Below the pieces are notes generated by a model that saw nothing but the letters and a program-made list of their open reading frames with translations, searched no databases and was not told the origin of the DNA. From Candidatus Peribacter riflensis (lineage in GTDB: Bacteria; Patescibacteriota; Gracilibacteria; Peribacterales; Peribacteraceae): 32,000 bases of DNA. Positions within the stretch are counted from its first letter, which is position 1, and each line of letters begins with the position of its first letter. The position numbers were made by a program, and so were the translations under genes. Where the stretch lies: the NCBI GenBank assembly GCA_001430755.1, contig CP013062.1, positions 1,080,001-1,112,000 on the forward strand, written 5' to 3'. Positions 17,725 to 26,144 of the stretch are shown one piece after another.

Positions 17725-18183
17725 ATGCCCACACCCAAAAAACATGTTCCTGCGGGAGAACCGGGCCCGGAAAAGGCCGCTCCACCGGCAGCGGATACGG
17801 CCGCTCCCCCGGTGCAGAATTCGAACGGAAAACGCATCCTCATTGTGGAGGACGAGCGTCCGCTTGCGCATGCTCTGGAACTCAAATTCCACCATGAGGG
17901 CTTCGATACGCACATCTGTCTGGATGGCGAAGAGGCGCTCAAAGAGGCAACCGAAGGAACGTACAACGTCATTCTGCTCGATCTCATCATGCCGCGCATG
18001 GATGGCTTCACCTTTCTGCAGGAGATGAAGAGTCGCGGCGTGAAAACACCTACGGTCATTCTCAGCAACCTCGGACAAGACGAAGACCGTGCGCGCGCCC
18101 AGGAGCTGGGAGCGGTGGGGTACTACGTGAAATCCAATACGCCGATCATGGAGATCATCAAACAAGTGCAATCCCTTCTCTGA
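17725..18183 (+). CDS. Stand-alone receiver-domain response regulator (CheY-like, no output domain)
   Basis: ILIVEDE, phospho-acceptor context VILLDLIMPRMDG, VILSN, YYVKS. The track start at 17695 is a GTG, so I chose the ATG at 17725. The stop is 2 nt before the pilB start. Confidence 0.85.
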   Translation: MPTPKKHVPAGEPGPEKAAPPAADTAAPPVQNSNGKRILIVEDERPLAHALELKFHHEGFDTHICLDGEEALKEATEGTYNVILLDLIMPRMDGFTFLQEMKSRGVKTPTVILSNLGQDEDRARAQELGAVGYYVKSNTPIMEIIKQVQSLL

Positions 18184-18185
18184 CG

Positions 18186-20009
18186 ATGCCTCTTTCTGAC
18201 ACCGATCTCGGCCCCATCCTCGTCCAACAGAATTATCTTTCTGAGGAGGATCTGAAGCGCGTGACGGCGCTGGCCAAGGAGCGGAATCTCCCGCTTCTTT
18301 CGATTCTGTTCGAACAGGGGCTTCTCACACAGGATCTGTACGAGGGAGCCATAGCGGAACACTACAAACTTCCCTTCTTCGATCTACAGGCGCACCTGCC
18401 CTCGCCGGAAGTCATTGCGAAACTCCCCGAGGAAATTGCACAGGCCTACCACACCGTGGTGGCGGAATTCGCCACCGACCGCGCGACGATCGCGACATCG
18501 GAACCGGGACGGGAGAATCTGGAGGAGGTCATGCGGCTCAATCTGGGGCAGAAAGAACCGGTGGTGCCGCCCCAGGAAACCAAAGACAAATCAGGGGAGG
18601 GTGCAGAAGCACCTCAGCAGAAAAAGGTCGTGCAGCGCCTGCTCTCCATTGGAAAGAAAGAAGAGAAAGAGACCGCCCCACAACGGTTTGCCGGCACGAT
18701 CACCTTTGTCTACACCCCCCAGTCGGGCATCGACGCCGCATGCCAGCACTACCGCAAACCTCTCTCCACGCGTTTTCAGTCGATCATCCAGAACGAGAAA
18801 AAAGTCGCACCCGAAATTCTGGAAGAGATCATCAATGATGCCATTGAACTCAGAGCCTCGGACGTACACTTCGAGCCGCAGGAGAAAATCGTTGTCGTCC
18901 GTTTCCGCATCGATGGCGTGATGCACGAAGCGGGACGCATTCCCAAAGAGCATTACGAGGGCGTGGTGAACCGCATCAAGATTCAGGCGAATATGCGCAT
19001 CGACGAGCATTACGCGGCGCAAGACGGTGCCATTCGGTACTCCACTCCGCGCAATGCGTTGGATATCCGCGTCTCGATCGTTCCGCTCGTGGAGGGCGAA
19101 AAGGTGGTGATGCGTCTTCTCTCCTCCTACGTCCGATCCATCACCCTTCTCGATCTGGGTTTCTCGGTCAAAAATCAGGAGATTATCACCGATGCGGCCC
19201 ACAAGCCGTTCGGCATGTTGCTCACGACAGGGCCGACAGGATCGGGAAAGTCCACGACCCTCACGGCGCTCCTGAAGATGCGCAACACACCTGATGTGAA
19301 TATCTCCACCATCGAAGATCCGGTGGAGTACAAGATCCCCGGCGTGAACCACATTCAGGTGAATCCGAAAACCAATCTCACCTTTGCCTCCGGTCTGCGC
19401 GCACTCGTGCGCCAGGACCCGGATATCGTCCTCGTCGGAGAAATCCGTGACGGCGAAACGGCAGATATCTCGGTCAATGCCGCACTCACCGGTCACCTGG
19501 TGCTCTCCACCCTGCACAGTAACGATGCGGCTACGGCCATTCCGCGTCTGCTCGACATGGGCGTGGAGCCCTTCCTGCTCGCGTCCACGTTGGAGCTGGT
19601 GATTGGCCAGCGCCTCGTGCGTCGCGTGTGTCCGCGCTGCCGTCTGAGTGTGAGCGTGCCCATCGAAAAGGCACACACGCTTTTCCCCGGAGCGGACAAG
19701 ATGATTCCTGGGGGAAAGCCGCTCACTCTCTACCGTGGCAAGGGATGCGAAGCCTGCAGCTCTACGGGGTATCGCGGGCGTATCGGTATCTATGAGCTTC
19801 TGGTCATCACACCGAAGATCGAAGAACTCATTCTGCGCCGTGCCTCCAGCTCCGAGCTCAATGAAACCGCAGTGAAGGAGGGCATGCGTCTCATGTTCGA
19901 AGACGGTCTCGAGAAAGTGCTGGCCGGCGTGACGACGATTGAAGAACTGCTCCGCGTGGCGGCTCCGCCTGCCATTGTTCTCAACCCGTCGCATGGCCGA
20001 GACGAATAA
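18186..20009 (+). CDS. pilB: Type IV pilus / type II secretion assembly ATPase (PilB/GspE/ComGA family)
   Basis: N-terminal MshEN/GSPII-N-like domain, Walker A GPTGSGKSTT, Asp box DPDIVLVGEIRD, His box GHLVLSTLHSNDA, and a tetracysteine CPRC...CEAC. Confidence 0.9.
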   Translation: MPLSDTDLGPILVQQNYLSEEDLKRVTALAKERNLPLLSILFEQGLLTQDLYEGAIAEHYKLPFFDLQAHLPSPEVIAKLPEEIAQAYHTVVAEFATDRATIATSEPGRENLEEVMRLNLGQKEPVVPPQETKDKSGEGAEAPQQKKVVQRLLSIGKKEEKETAPQRFAGTITFVYTPQSGIDAACQHYRKPLSTRFQSIIQNEKKVAPEILEEIINDAIELRASDVHFEPQEKIVVVRFRIDGVMHEAGRIPKEHYEGVVNRIKIQANMRIDEHYAAQDGAIRYSTPRNALDIRVSIVPLVEGEKVVMRLLSSYVRSITLLDLGFSVKNQEIITDAAHKPFGMLLTTGPTGSGKSTTLTALLKMRNTPDVNISTIEDPVEYKIPGVNHIQVNPKTNLTFASGLRALVRQDPDIVLVGEIRDGETADISVNAALTGHLVLSTLHSNDAATAIPRLLDMGVEPFLLASTLELVIGQRLVRRVCPRCRLSVSVPIEKAHTLFPGADKMIPGGKPLTLYRGKGCEACSSTGYRGRIGIYELLVITPKIEELILRRASSSELNETAVKEGMRLMFEDGLEKVLAGVTTIEELLRVAAPPAIVLNPSHGRDE

Positions 20010-21198
20010 CACGCCTGCGGCCCAGCCCGTCACGCCCCCTCCAGCCACTGCGCCGGAGGCTGCTTTGCCTGAGATCACCCCAAAACAGCAGCCGTCGCGC
20101 TATGCCGCGCAGCGACAGGAGTTCCGCAAGTTTCTCTCCTCGCTGCAGCACCTGGGCATGGGCAAGCAGCGGATGGTGTTCATTCAGAGTATGTCGCTGA
20201 TGCTCACGGCCGGCCTTTCGCTGGTGGATGCCTTGAAAACACAACTTCTTGAAACCAGATCCAAGGCAGTGCGCACGCTCATTCAAAATATCATCACCGC
20301 AGTCGAATCGGGCTCGCCCCTGTGGAAGGCGATGGATGACCAGTCGTTGTTCTCCCCCTACGAAATCGCGCTCGTCCACATCGGCGAGGAGGGAGGCAAC
20401 TTGGCGCGCAATATGCAGTACCTCTCGGAGCAACAGGAGAAAGACCATGCTCTCAAACAGAAGGTGAAGATGGCGATGATCTATCCGTCGATCGTCGTGG
20501 TCCTTGTCTTCATTCTCATCATGGGGTTGGGACTCTTCGTGCTGCCGAATCTCGTGCAGGTGCTCTACTCGCTGCGGGTGGAGCTTCCGCTCGCCACGCG
20601 TGTCGTGATCGCGTTTTCGCAATTCTTTGAGGCGCACGGCGTGCTCGTAACGCCGCTGCTCATCTTTGCGCTCATTAACCTTTTCCTTCTCGGCAAATAC
20701 ACGCGGCTGCGTGTGGCTTCCCAGTGGCTGGTCTTTCATACCCCCGGCATCGGCAGTCTGGCGCGCGAAGCCACCATTGCGCAGTTCGGCGTGATCATGG
20801 GCGGGCTTCTGCGCGCAGGTGTTCCGTTGGTGGAGGCCCTGCATTCACTGGTGGAGGTGACGAACATTGTCGTCTATCACAACTTCTACGAGCGCCTGCT
20901 CGAACATGTGAATGCCGGCGATTCATTCAGCAAGAGCTTTGCCGCCCTGCCCGAGAGCAGCCATCTCCTCCCTATTTCGGTGCAGCAGCTCATCGTGACC
21001 GGCGAACGATCGGGGGCATTGGCCGAGGTGCTCATGAAGATCGCAGACATGTACGACAAGAAAGCCTCTGAGACGGCAGAGAGACTTCCGGTGATCCTGG
21101 AGCCACTTCTGCTCATTATCATCGGCGGCATCGTCGCAGGCATCGCATTTGCTATCATAGTCCCTATCTACAAAGTCGTCGGGAACATCGGTAACTGA
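19993..21198 (+). CDS. pilC: Type IV pilus platform protein (PilC/GspF/ComGB family)
   Basis: Two GspF-type repeats (SPYEIALVHIGEEGGNL and LPISVQQLIVTGERSGAL) and three TM segments. The track start at 19939 is a TTG. The ATG at 19993 (MAETNNT) overlaps the pilB end by 17 nt. Confidence 0.85.
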   Translation: MAETNNTPAAQPVTPPPATAPEAALPEITPKQQPSRYAAQRQEFRKFLSSLQHLGMGKQRMVFIQSMSLMLTAGLSLVDALKTQLLETRSKAVRTLIQNIITAVESGSPLWKAMDDQSLFSPYEIALVHIGEEGGNLARNMQYLSEQQEKDHALKQKVKMAMIYPSIVVVLVFILIMGLGLFVLPNLVQVLYSLRVELPLATRVVIAFSQFFEAHGVLVTPLLIFALINLFLLGKYTRLRVASQWLVFHTPGIGSLAREATIAQFGVIMGGLLRAGVPLVEALHSLVEVTNIVVYHNFYERLLEHVNAGDSFSKSFAALPESSHLLPISVQQLIVTGERSGALAEVLMKIADMYDKKASETAERLPVILEPLLLIIIGGIVAGIAFAIIVPIYKVVGNIGN

Positions 21199-21226
21199 TG
21201 TTTTCCCATTCCTTCCCCCCTTCCTC

Positions 21227-24106
21227 ATGTCGCACCGCGGGTTCACTGCAGTCGAAGTACTGCTCACGCTCGGCATCGTCGCAGTCACAGCCGGTATCAG
21301 CATGCCGCTCTATCGCACCTACCAACTCCGCAGCGAGTTGGATACTGCCATCGAGCAGGCCAAGCACGCCCTCGAGCGCGCCCAAGTGCTGGCACGGGCA
21401 GGGCAGAACGACTCTATGTGGGGCTATGCCACACAGGAGGGCATTCTCTTTCAGGGAGAGGCCTTCGCGATCCGCGAGCCCCAGTCGGATGAGGCGTACA
21501 TTGTGCCGGCCTCCGTAGAGGTCTTGGGCCTGACGGAGGTGGTCTTTCAGCGTGTAACCGGTGAGCCGTTAGTCGGCGGGGAGATCATCTTTCAGGCAGA
21601 CAACGGGGAATGGCGCACCATTACAGTGACAGAGGGGGGGTCGGTGGCTTCGAGTGAATTGTTTCCGCCAGAGAGCAGCTCGAGTAGCACCGTGGCCAGT
21701 GTGGGTGGGAGCAGTACATCTTCCGATATCAGCAGTACCGGCAGCGTTGGTTCGGGCGGCAGCAGTGCGGGCATGTCCGGAGGGTCCGAAGGCAGCACTG
21801 CCTCCGGAGGAGAGACGGGAGGGGGAGATACAGAGAGCTCCAGCAGCGCCGCAACCTGTGATGATGCGTTCACGCTCCTGCCCGATGGCACCATTGAGAC
21901 AACAGGGACGGTGGATGCCACCGTGAAAGTTCTCGGCTCGCAGGTGAGCGAAGGGGCGGGCGGCCCTGCCGCCAGGATCGTTGTATCGATGAGTACGGAT
22001 GAGGGTGATACGTGGGTTCCGCTCTTCGACGGACAAACCGTCCGTGGCGGAGAGGAAGATGTCGTCCAGAATCTCCCTTCGGGTACCAAGCTTCTCATCC
22101 GGGTCAACGGCCGGCACTCCTGGCTCTTCAACCGGACGTTCCTTTCTAATAATTCCGCGGGGCACATGCTGGCCCTGCGCAACGGGCACCGGCTTCCTGT
22201 CGGTTCCTATGACGCCTTCGGCAATCCTGCCGGACTCGCCTCTTTCCTTCGCGCGATCATTGAGGATGGCCGTATCAAGATCCATCCAAAATCCGTCGTC
22301 TTCCTCACAGAGCTCGATGCCCTCTGGAAAGGCGCCTCCAAGTTCCAGGATGCCGTCGTGCAGGTGACCTTTGCCGCAAAGCCCGGCAGCTGCGCGCAGG
22401 CCACCGATCCAAAAGTGAAGATCGTCTTCGACCGGCTCGAGAATCAGAACGCAGGCGATGTCCGTCCCCGGGTATACGTGGGCGAGCAGGGTATCCTCTT
22501 CGCGGAGGATCAGTGGATTCCCCTGTCGGTGGCGGGCGTGACGATGGCCGATTCCTCCCTTGTCGAGAATGTCCCCGGCATGGCTGTAGAACGCCGCAGC
22601 GGAGTATTGCGCGTGCTCCTGCATGGATCGCACATCATTCCATCCGGCAAGGAGCTCGTGGATGCACGCATCATCTTCGATCGTGCCGTCGTGACTTCCA
22701 TCGAGAATGACATGGGGGCCGATACCACCGAAAATCCCACCGACGGCGTCGTGAACGACGGCACGGGCGGGGATGAGGTGACCATTGCGGATGACCGCGG
22801 CTCGGTACGGTTCCAGACGCGCGTCACCAGCGCGGATGATGCCATCTTCATTCACTGGGCAATCGGCATGGCCAGTTCCAGCTCCAGTGCCGCTTCGGGG
22901 GCCAGTTCCGCAGCGTCGAGTCAGGCCTCTTCCGGATCTGCGCAGTCAGCGAGCAGTGAAGGGCAGACCGGCAGTGAGGGCGAAACCGGCAGCGAAGCGA
23001 GTGTCGCACCCGATGCCTGTGCCGCCGCATACACGATGGATGATCGGGGGCGCATGGTGCTCGGCGAGAAGGCCGATGTCTCGTTCACCGTTCTTGGATC
23101 CTATGCCACGTACGGTGCCAACGGTCCGATGATTCACGTGCGCCTGAATGCGAGTCTGGACGGAGGTGGCACGTGGCGCGGGCTCTTCAATTTCCGCGAT
23201 ATCATCACGGGCGACACGCAGACCATACGGGATGTTCCTTCGGGATCCGTACTCACCCTCTCGGCTGAGGGGCGTTACTCCTGGCTCTTCAAGCGTGTCG
23301 CGCGCATCGAAGATGACGGAGACCGCGTGCGCGTGCTCCGGCCCGGCTCGGTGGTCCCCGGCATCGGCTTGCTCTTGAACCCCATGCGCCTGAAGCCTTT
23401 CCTGCGGGAGCGCATTTCCGAAGGCAGAGTGCTCCTCACCGGCCGGCAGGTGCTGGCGCTTGTGGAGCTGCAGACACTGGATGACACGGCAGATTATCAG
23501 GATGCCGTGGTGCTGGTCACGATTGCGAAGCCGGTGAGCAGCGGCGGACCCTGTGCACAGGAAGATGCTGCGCTCAGCAGTCAGTCGAGCGTTCCTGCGG
23601 GAACGAGCAGTACTTCTTCCACTTCCTCGGTGGCAGGCCCGAGAATCACGATCTGTCACTTCACCAGCGCAGACCGGCTGCATCCAGCCACAATGGAAAT
23701 CAATGAATCTGCCTGGTCTGCGCACAGCGCGATCGGCGATCGTCTGGGTGCCTGTGAAGCCGACGAGGACGGTGACGGCATTCCGAATGCACAAGACTTC
23801 TGCTCCGGCACGTACCTGCCCGAGTCCGTACCGACCGAGTTCATGCTCTTCAACCGGTATGCCCTCACGGGGTCGAGCGGCGTGTTCCGCGAGGGGCCGC
23901 GCAAGAGGGTGAGTTCCTTCTCCCTCTCCGATACCCGCGGTTGCAGCTGCGAACAGCTTGTGGCGGTGGCCGAGGGCGAGCGGGATTACTACTTCCCGCA
24001 CGAGCCTCTGCTCCATCGGGAGCTCAAGAGCCTCTTCCCGTTCTATACGAACGGCGCACGGCAATTCGGTTGCGGGGCGGCGATCCTGCGCATGTCGCGG
24101 CCGTAA
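21227..24106 (+). CDS. Giant (959 aa) modular type IV pilin-like protein: prepilin N-terminus, three Ser/Gly linkers, two paralogous 181-aa Cys-bounded domains, Cys-rich C-terminal domain
   Basis: Class III signal MSHRG/FTAVEVLLTLGIVAV (Gly-1, Phe+1, Glu+5). The internal repeats are at 21857..22399 and 23018..23560. The C-terminal domain contains DEDGDGIPNAQD (TSP3-like Ca2+ motif) and ITICH...GDRLGAC. Confidence 0.75.
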   Translation: MSHRGFTAVEVLLTLGIVAVTAGISMPLYRTYQLRSELDTAIEQAKHALERAQVLARAGQNDSMWGYATQEGILFQGEAFAIREPQSDEAYIVPASVEVLGLTEVVFQRVTGEPLVGGEIIFQADNGEWRTITVTEGGSVASSELFPPESSSSSTVASVGGSSTSSDISSTGSVGSGGSSAGMSGGSEGSTASGGETGGGDTESSSSAATCDDAFTLLPDGTIETTGTVDATVKVLGSQVSEGAGGPAARIVVSMSTDEGDTWVPLFDGQTVRGGEEDVVQNLPSGTKLLIRVNGRHSWLFNRTFLSNNSAGHMLALRNGHRLPVGSYDAFGNPAGLASFLRAIIEDGRIKIHPKSVVFLTELDALWKGASKFQDAVVQVTFAAKPGSCAQATDPKVKIVFDRLENQNAGDVRPRVYVGEQGILFAEDQWIPLSVAGVTMADSSLVENVPGMAVERRSGVLRVLLHGSHIIPSGKELVDARIIFDRAVVTSIENDMGADTTENPTDGVVNDGTGGDEVTIADDRGSVRFQTRVTSADDAIFIHWAIGMASSSSSAASGASSAASSQASSGSAQSASSEGQTGSEGETGSEASVAPDACAAAYTMDDRGRMVLGEKADVSFTVLGSYATYGANGPMIHVRLNASLDGGGTWRGLFNFRDIITGDTQTIRDVPSGSVLTLSAEGRYSWLFKRVARIEDDGDRVRVLRPGSVVPGIGLLLNPMRLKPFLRERISEGRVLLTGRQVLALVELQTLDDTADYQDAVVLVTIAKPVSSGGPCAQEDAALSSQSSVPAGTSSTSSTSSVAGPRITICHFTSADRLHPATMEINESAWSAHSAIGDRLGACEADEDGDGIPNAQDFCSGTYLPESVPTEFMLFNRYALTGSSGVFREGPRKRVSSFSLSDTRGCSCEQLVAVAEGERDYYFPHEPLLHRELKSLFPFYTNGARQFGCGAAILRMSRP
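21857..22399 (+). repeat. Copy A of the intragenic 181-aa domain duplication (protein level) inside the giant pilin
   Basis: CDDAFT...KPGSCAQ. Aligned to copy B with no gaps over the first 114 positions, I count about 36 identities, including VLGS, GP, TW, LF, PSG, GR.SWLF.R. The end shares QDAVV.VT.AKP and CAQ. Confidence 0.8.
23018..23560 (+). repeat. Copy B of the intragenic 181-aa domain duplication
   Basis: CAAAYT...SSGGPCAQ. It has the same length as copy A and the same Cys...CAQ boundaries. Confidence 0.8.
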
Positions 24107-24132
24107 GTGTTATTCGTCACTTAAGAAAAGCG

Positions 24133-25725
24133 GTGTCACCCCGAGCACAGTCGAAGGGCGGCACCGCGTTTCTAGAGTTCGTTCCCCGGCGGAGTGTATC
24201 CCGAGCGAGTCGAAGGGCTCGGAATGACAAGCTCTCTGCGCTCCTTCAAAGAGCCTTCCCTGTATACTGCAGAACTGTTCCCTTCTCCTCCCGTCCGCGA
24301 TCCGGCTCGCTGCTGCTCGAAGCCCTGCTGGGCGTAGCCATCTTTGCGATTCTCGCGGGGGCGGTGAGCACGGTACTCTTCGTGGGGCAGGAAGGTGCAC
24401 TCAAGAGCGGAGACAGGATACGTGCGGTCTTTCTCGCTTCCGAGGCGCTGGCTGCCGCTCGCACAATGCGGGATGCCTCTTTCGATCAGCTCGTGGATGG
24501 GAAGCATGGGGTCTGTATCGGAGCAGCCGGAACATGGGAATTCTGCGGCCAGGAGAATGTGGCTGCAGATGGTTTCCGTACGACGCTCACTGTGCAGACG
24601 CTTGCCGAGAGTCACGTGCGCCTCTCTGCAGAGACGCGTTGGCAGGGGGGTGCCATAGGTTCCGGATCGGTTCTGATTGCCGAAGAGCTGACAGACTGGC
24701 GTGTGGTGAAGCCGATTGGCGACTGGGCGACCGTGCACGAGGAGGGCGGTTTCACCATCGAGGGCCAGCCGCTCTTCTCCGCGATCGCGCTCAACGATGG
24801 TGCCGCTTTCGTCGCCAGTGCGTACGGAGAGGGCGGTAAGGGGCTGCATGTCTTCTCGTACGCGGAGGGCGGCGATCCCCTGCCCATTGCGGCCGGATTC
24901 GATTTGGGTGTTGCCGCTTACGCGGTGCTGGTGGATGGGGATGTGCTGTATGTTGCGACCGCAGACACTTCTGCAGAAGTGCAGATCTTCGATGTGTCCG
25001 CACCGGCGGAATTCTCTATGACCAAGCGGCTCGCGACGATCAATGTGCCCGGAGACGGACGAGCACGGTCTCTCGCGTTCTTCAATAACACACTCTTCGT
25101 GGGTGCGACCGAGGACATTATAGAAGCCGAACTCTACGCATTCGATGTGGCGGATGCGGGGGATCCGGCTCTTCTGGATATTCTGGATGACACCGCCTCG
25201 TACTTCGGGCTTAGCCTGCACGAAGGGTTCGCCTATGTTGCGAGCTCTATGGATTCCATGGAACTGCGGGTCATCGACGTCTTCGATCCCGCCGATCTCT
25301 CCGTTGCAGTTGGCGAGGGGTACAACCTCACGGATGTGCAGGATGGGCTCGCCATGGCGACCGTCAACAGCGACGTGCTCATCGGCAGGCGCAGTGGAGA
25401 GGCCATTGAGGAACTCGTGCTTCTCGATGTGAGCAGTGGAGCGGTTCCTTCCCCGCCACCCGGTCCGTGGTATCAGGAAATGGGCGGGAGCGTTCCCGCT
25501 CTCACCGTGGAGCCGGGAGGACGCTACGCGTTCATCGCCACCGATAACATCGCCGCGCAATTGCAGGTGGCGGACCTGCAGGCCTTTCGTGCGGGTCAGT
25601 TCCCCATCATCTCCTCCGCGCTCACCTCGACCGGCGGAGGGCGGGCAGTCGCCTACGATGCACAGCGTGACCGCGTGCTCCTCGCCACGGATCGCGGAAT
25701 TCTCCTCTACCGTCCCGGTACATGA
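24133..25725 (+). CDS. Pseudopilin fused to an LVIVD-like beta-propeller repeat domain; start codon uncertain
   Basis: Prepilin-type segment RSG/SLLLEALLGVAIFAILAGAV (Glu+5) at 24295..24360. Four or more repeats of the type LYVA...EVQIFDVSAP, LFVG...ELYAFDVADAGDP, AYVA...ELRVIDVFDP, ELVLLDVSSG. The only in-frame ATG/GTG/TTG between the upstream stop and the cleavage motif is GTG 24133. Confidence 0.6.
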   Translation: MSPRAQSKGGTAFLEFVPRRSVSRASRRARNDKLSALLQRAFPVYCRTVPFSSRPRSGSLLLEALLGVAIFAILAGAVSTVLFVGQEGALKSGDRIRAVFLASEALAAARTMRDASFDQLVDGKHGVCIGAAGTWEFCGQENVAADGFRTTLTVQTLAESHVRLSAETRWQGGAIGSGSVLIAEELTDWRVVKPIGDWATVHEEGGFTIEGQPLFSAIALNDGAAFVASAYGEGGKGLHVFSYAEGGDPLPIAAGFDLGVAAYAVLVDGDVLYVATADTSAEVQIFDVSAPAEFSMTKRLATINVPGDGRARSLAFFNNTLFVGATEDIIEAELYAFDVADAGDPALLDILDDTASYFGLSLHEGFAYVASSMDSMELRVIDVFDPADLSVAVGEGYNLTDVQDGLAMATVNSDVLIGRRSGEAIEELVLLDVSSGAVPSPPPGPWYQEMGGSVPALTVEPGGRYAFIATDNIAAQLQVADLQAFRAGQFPIISSALTSTGGGRAVAYDAQRDRVLLATDRGILLYRPGT

Positions 25726-26144
25726 TGCAATTGCGCTCCCGATCCGGCTACGTTTTCCTCTTGAGCATTATCATGGTGGGTGCCATCGCTGTGGCGACAC
25801 TGGGATCCCTGCTCATGATCGGCGTCGGTTCCCTGCAGATCGGCGGAACCGTGCAGCAGTCGGAACAGGCGCGCTCGCTCGCTCAGACCTGTGCGGAACG
25901 CGCACTCCGGTCTTTGTGGGAAGATGGCGCCTATATCGGCTCCGAGGAATTCACCTTTGCAGAGGGGACCTGCGCGATCTGGCGCGTGGGGGGGTCGGGG
26001 AATGAGAATCGTTCCCTCTGTACTGAGGGCAATGTGGGGTCGACCGTACGGCGTTACGAGATCCTGCTCCAGCGTGTCCTCCCCTCCATTCAGGTCTATG
26101 CCTGGCGCGAGGTGGAGCAATTCACTGCCTGTGCTTTCGAATGA
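25722..26144 (+). CDS. PilX/ComGG-like minor pseudopilin (no Glu+5)
   Basis: MMQLRSRSG/YVFLLSIIMVGAIAVATLGSLL. 140 aa, four Cys. ATGA overlaps on both sides couple it to the neighbouring genes. Confidence 0.55.
   Translation: MMQLRSRSGYVFLLSIIMVGAIAVATLGSLLMIGVGSLQIGGTVQQSEQARSLAQTCAERALRSLWEDGAYIGSEEFTFAEGTCAIWRVGGSGNENRSLCTEGNVGSTVRRYEILLQRVLPSIQVYAWREVEQFTACAFE

Noticed and set aside
18591-20078. 495-aa minus-strand ORF opposite pilB (also 19981..20844 opposite pilC)
   Set aside because: The plus frames contain unambiguous Walker/Asp/His boxes and GspF repeats. The antisense products have no features.
21662-23645. Repetitive Ser/Gly-coding DNA as a possible CRISPR array or tandem-repeat locus
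   Set aside because: It has no regular repeat-spacer periodicity. The repetitiveness is codon-level low complexity (AGC/GGC/TCC runs) within one continuous reading frame.
21569-24064. Two long minus-strand ORFs (428 aa and 372 aa) opposite the giant pilin gene
   Set aside because: Their products are Arg/Gly/Pro/His-rich with no recognisable motif, which is typical of antisense shadow frames in GC-rich DNA. The plus-strand frame has a clear prepilin signal, domain duplication and operon context.
23941-24132. ORF-track start at 23941 for the LVIVD pseudopilin
   Set aside because: That codon is a TTG lying 166 nt inside the preceding gene in another frame. It would add over 120 residues of Arg/Gly-rich sequence ahead of a prepilin motif, which is implausible.
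24172-25560. 462-aa minus-strand ORF opposite the LVIVD pseudopilin
   Set aside because: Shadow ORF. Its composition is low-complexity and Arg/His-rich with no motifs. The plus frame shows repeat structure and translational coupling to the next gene.
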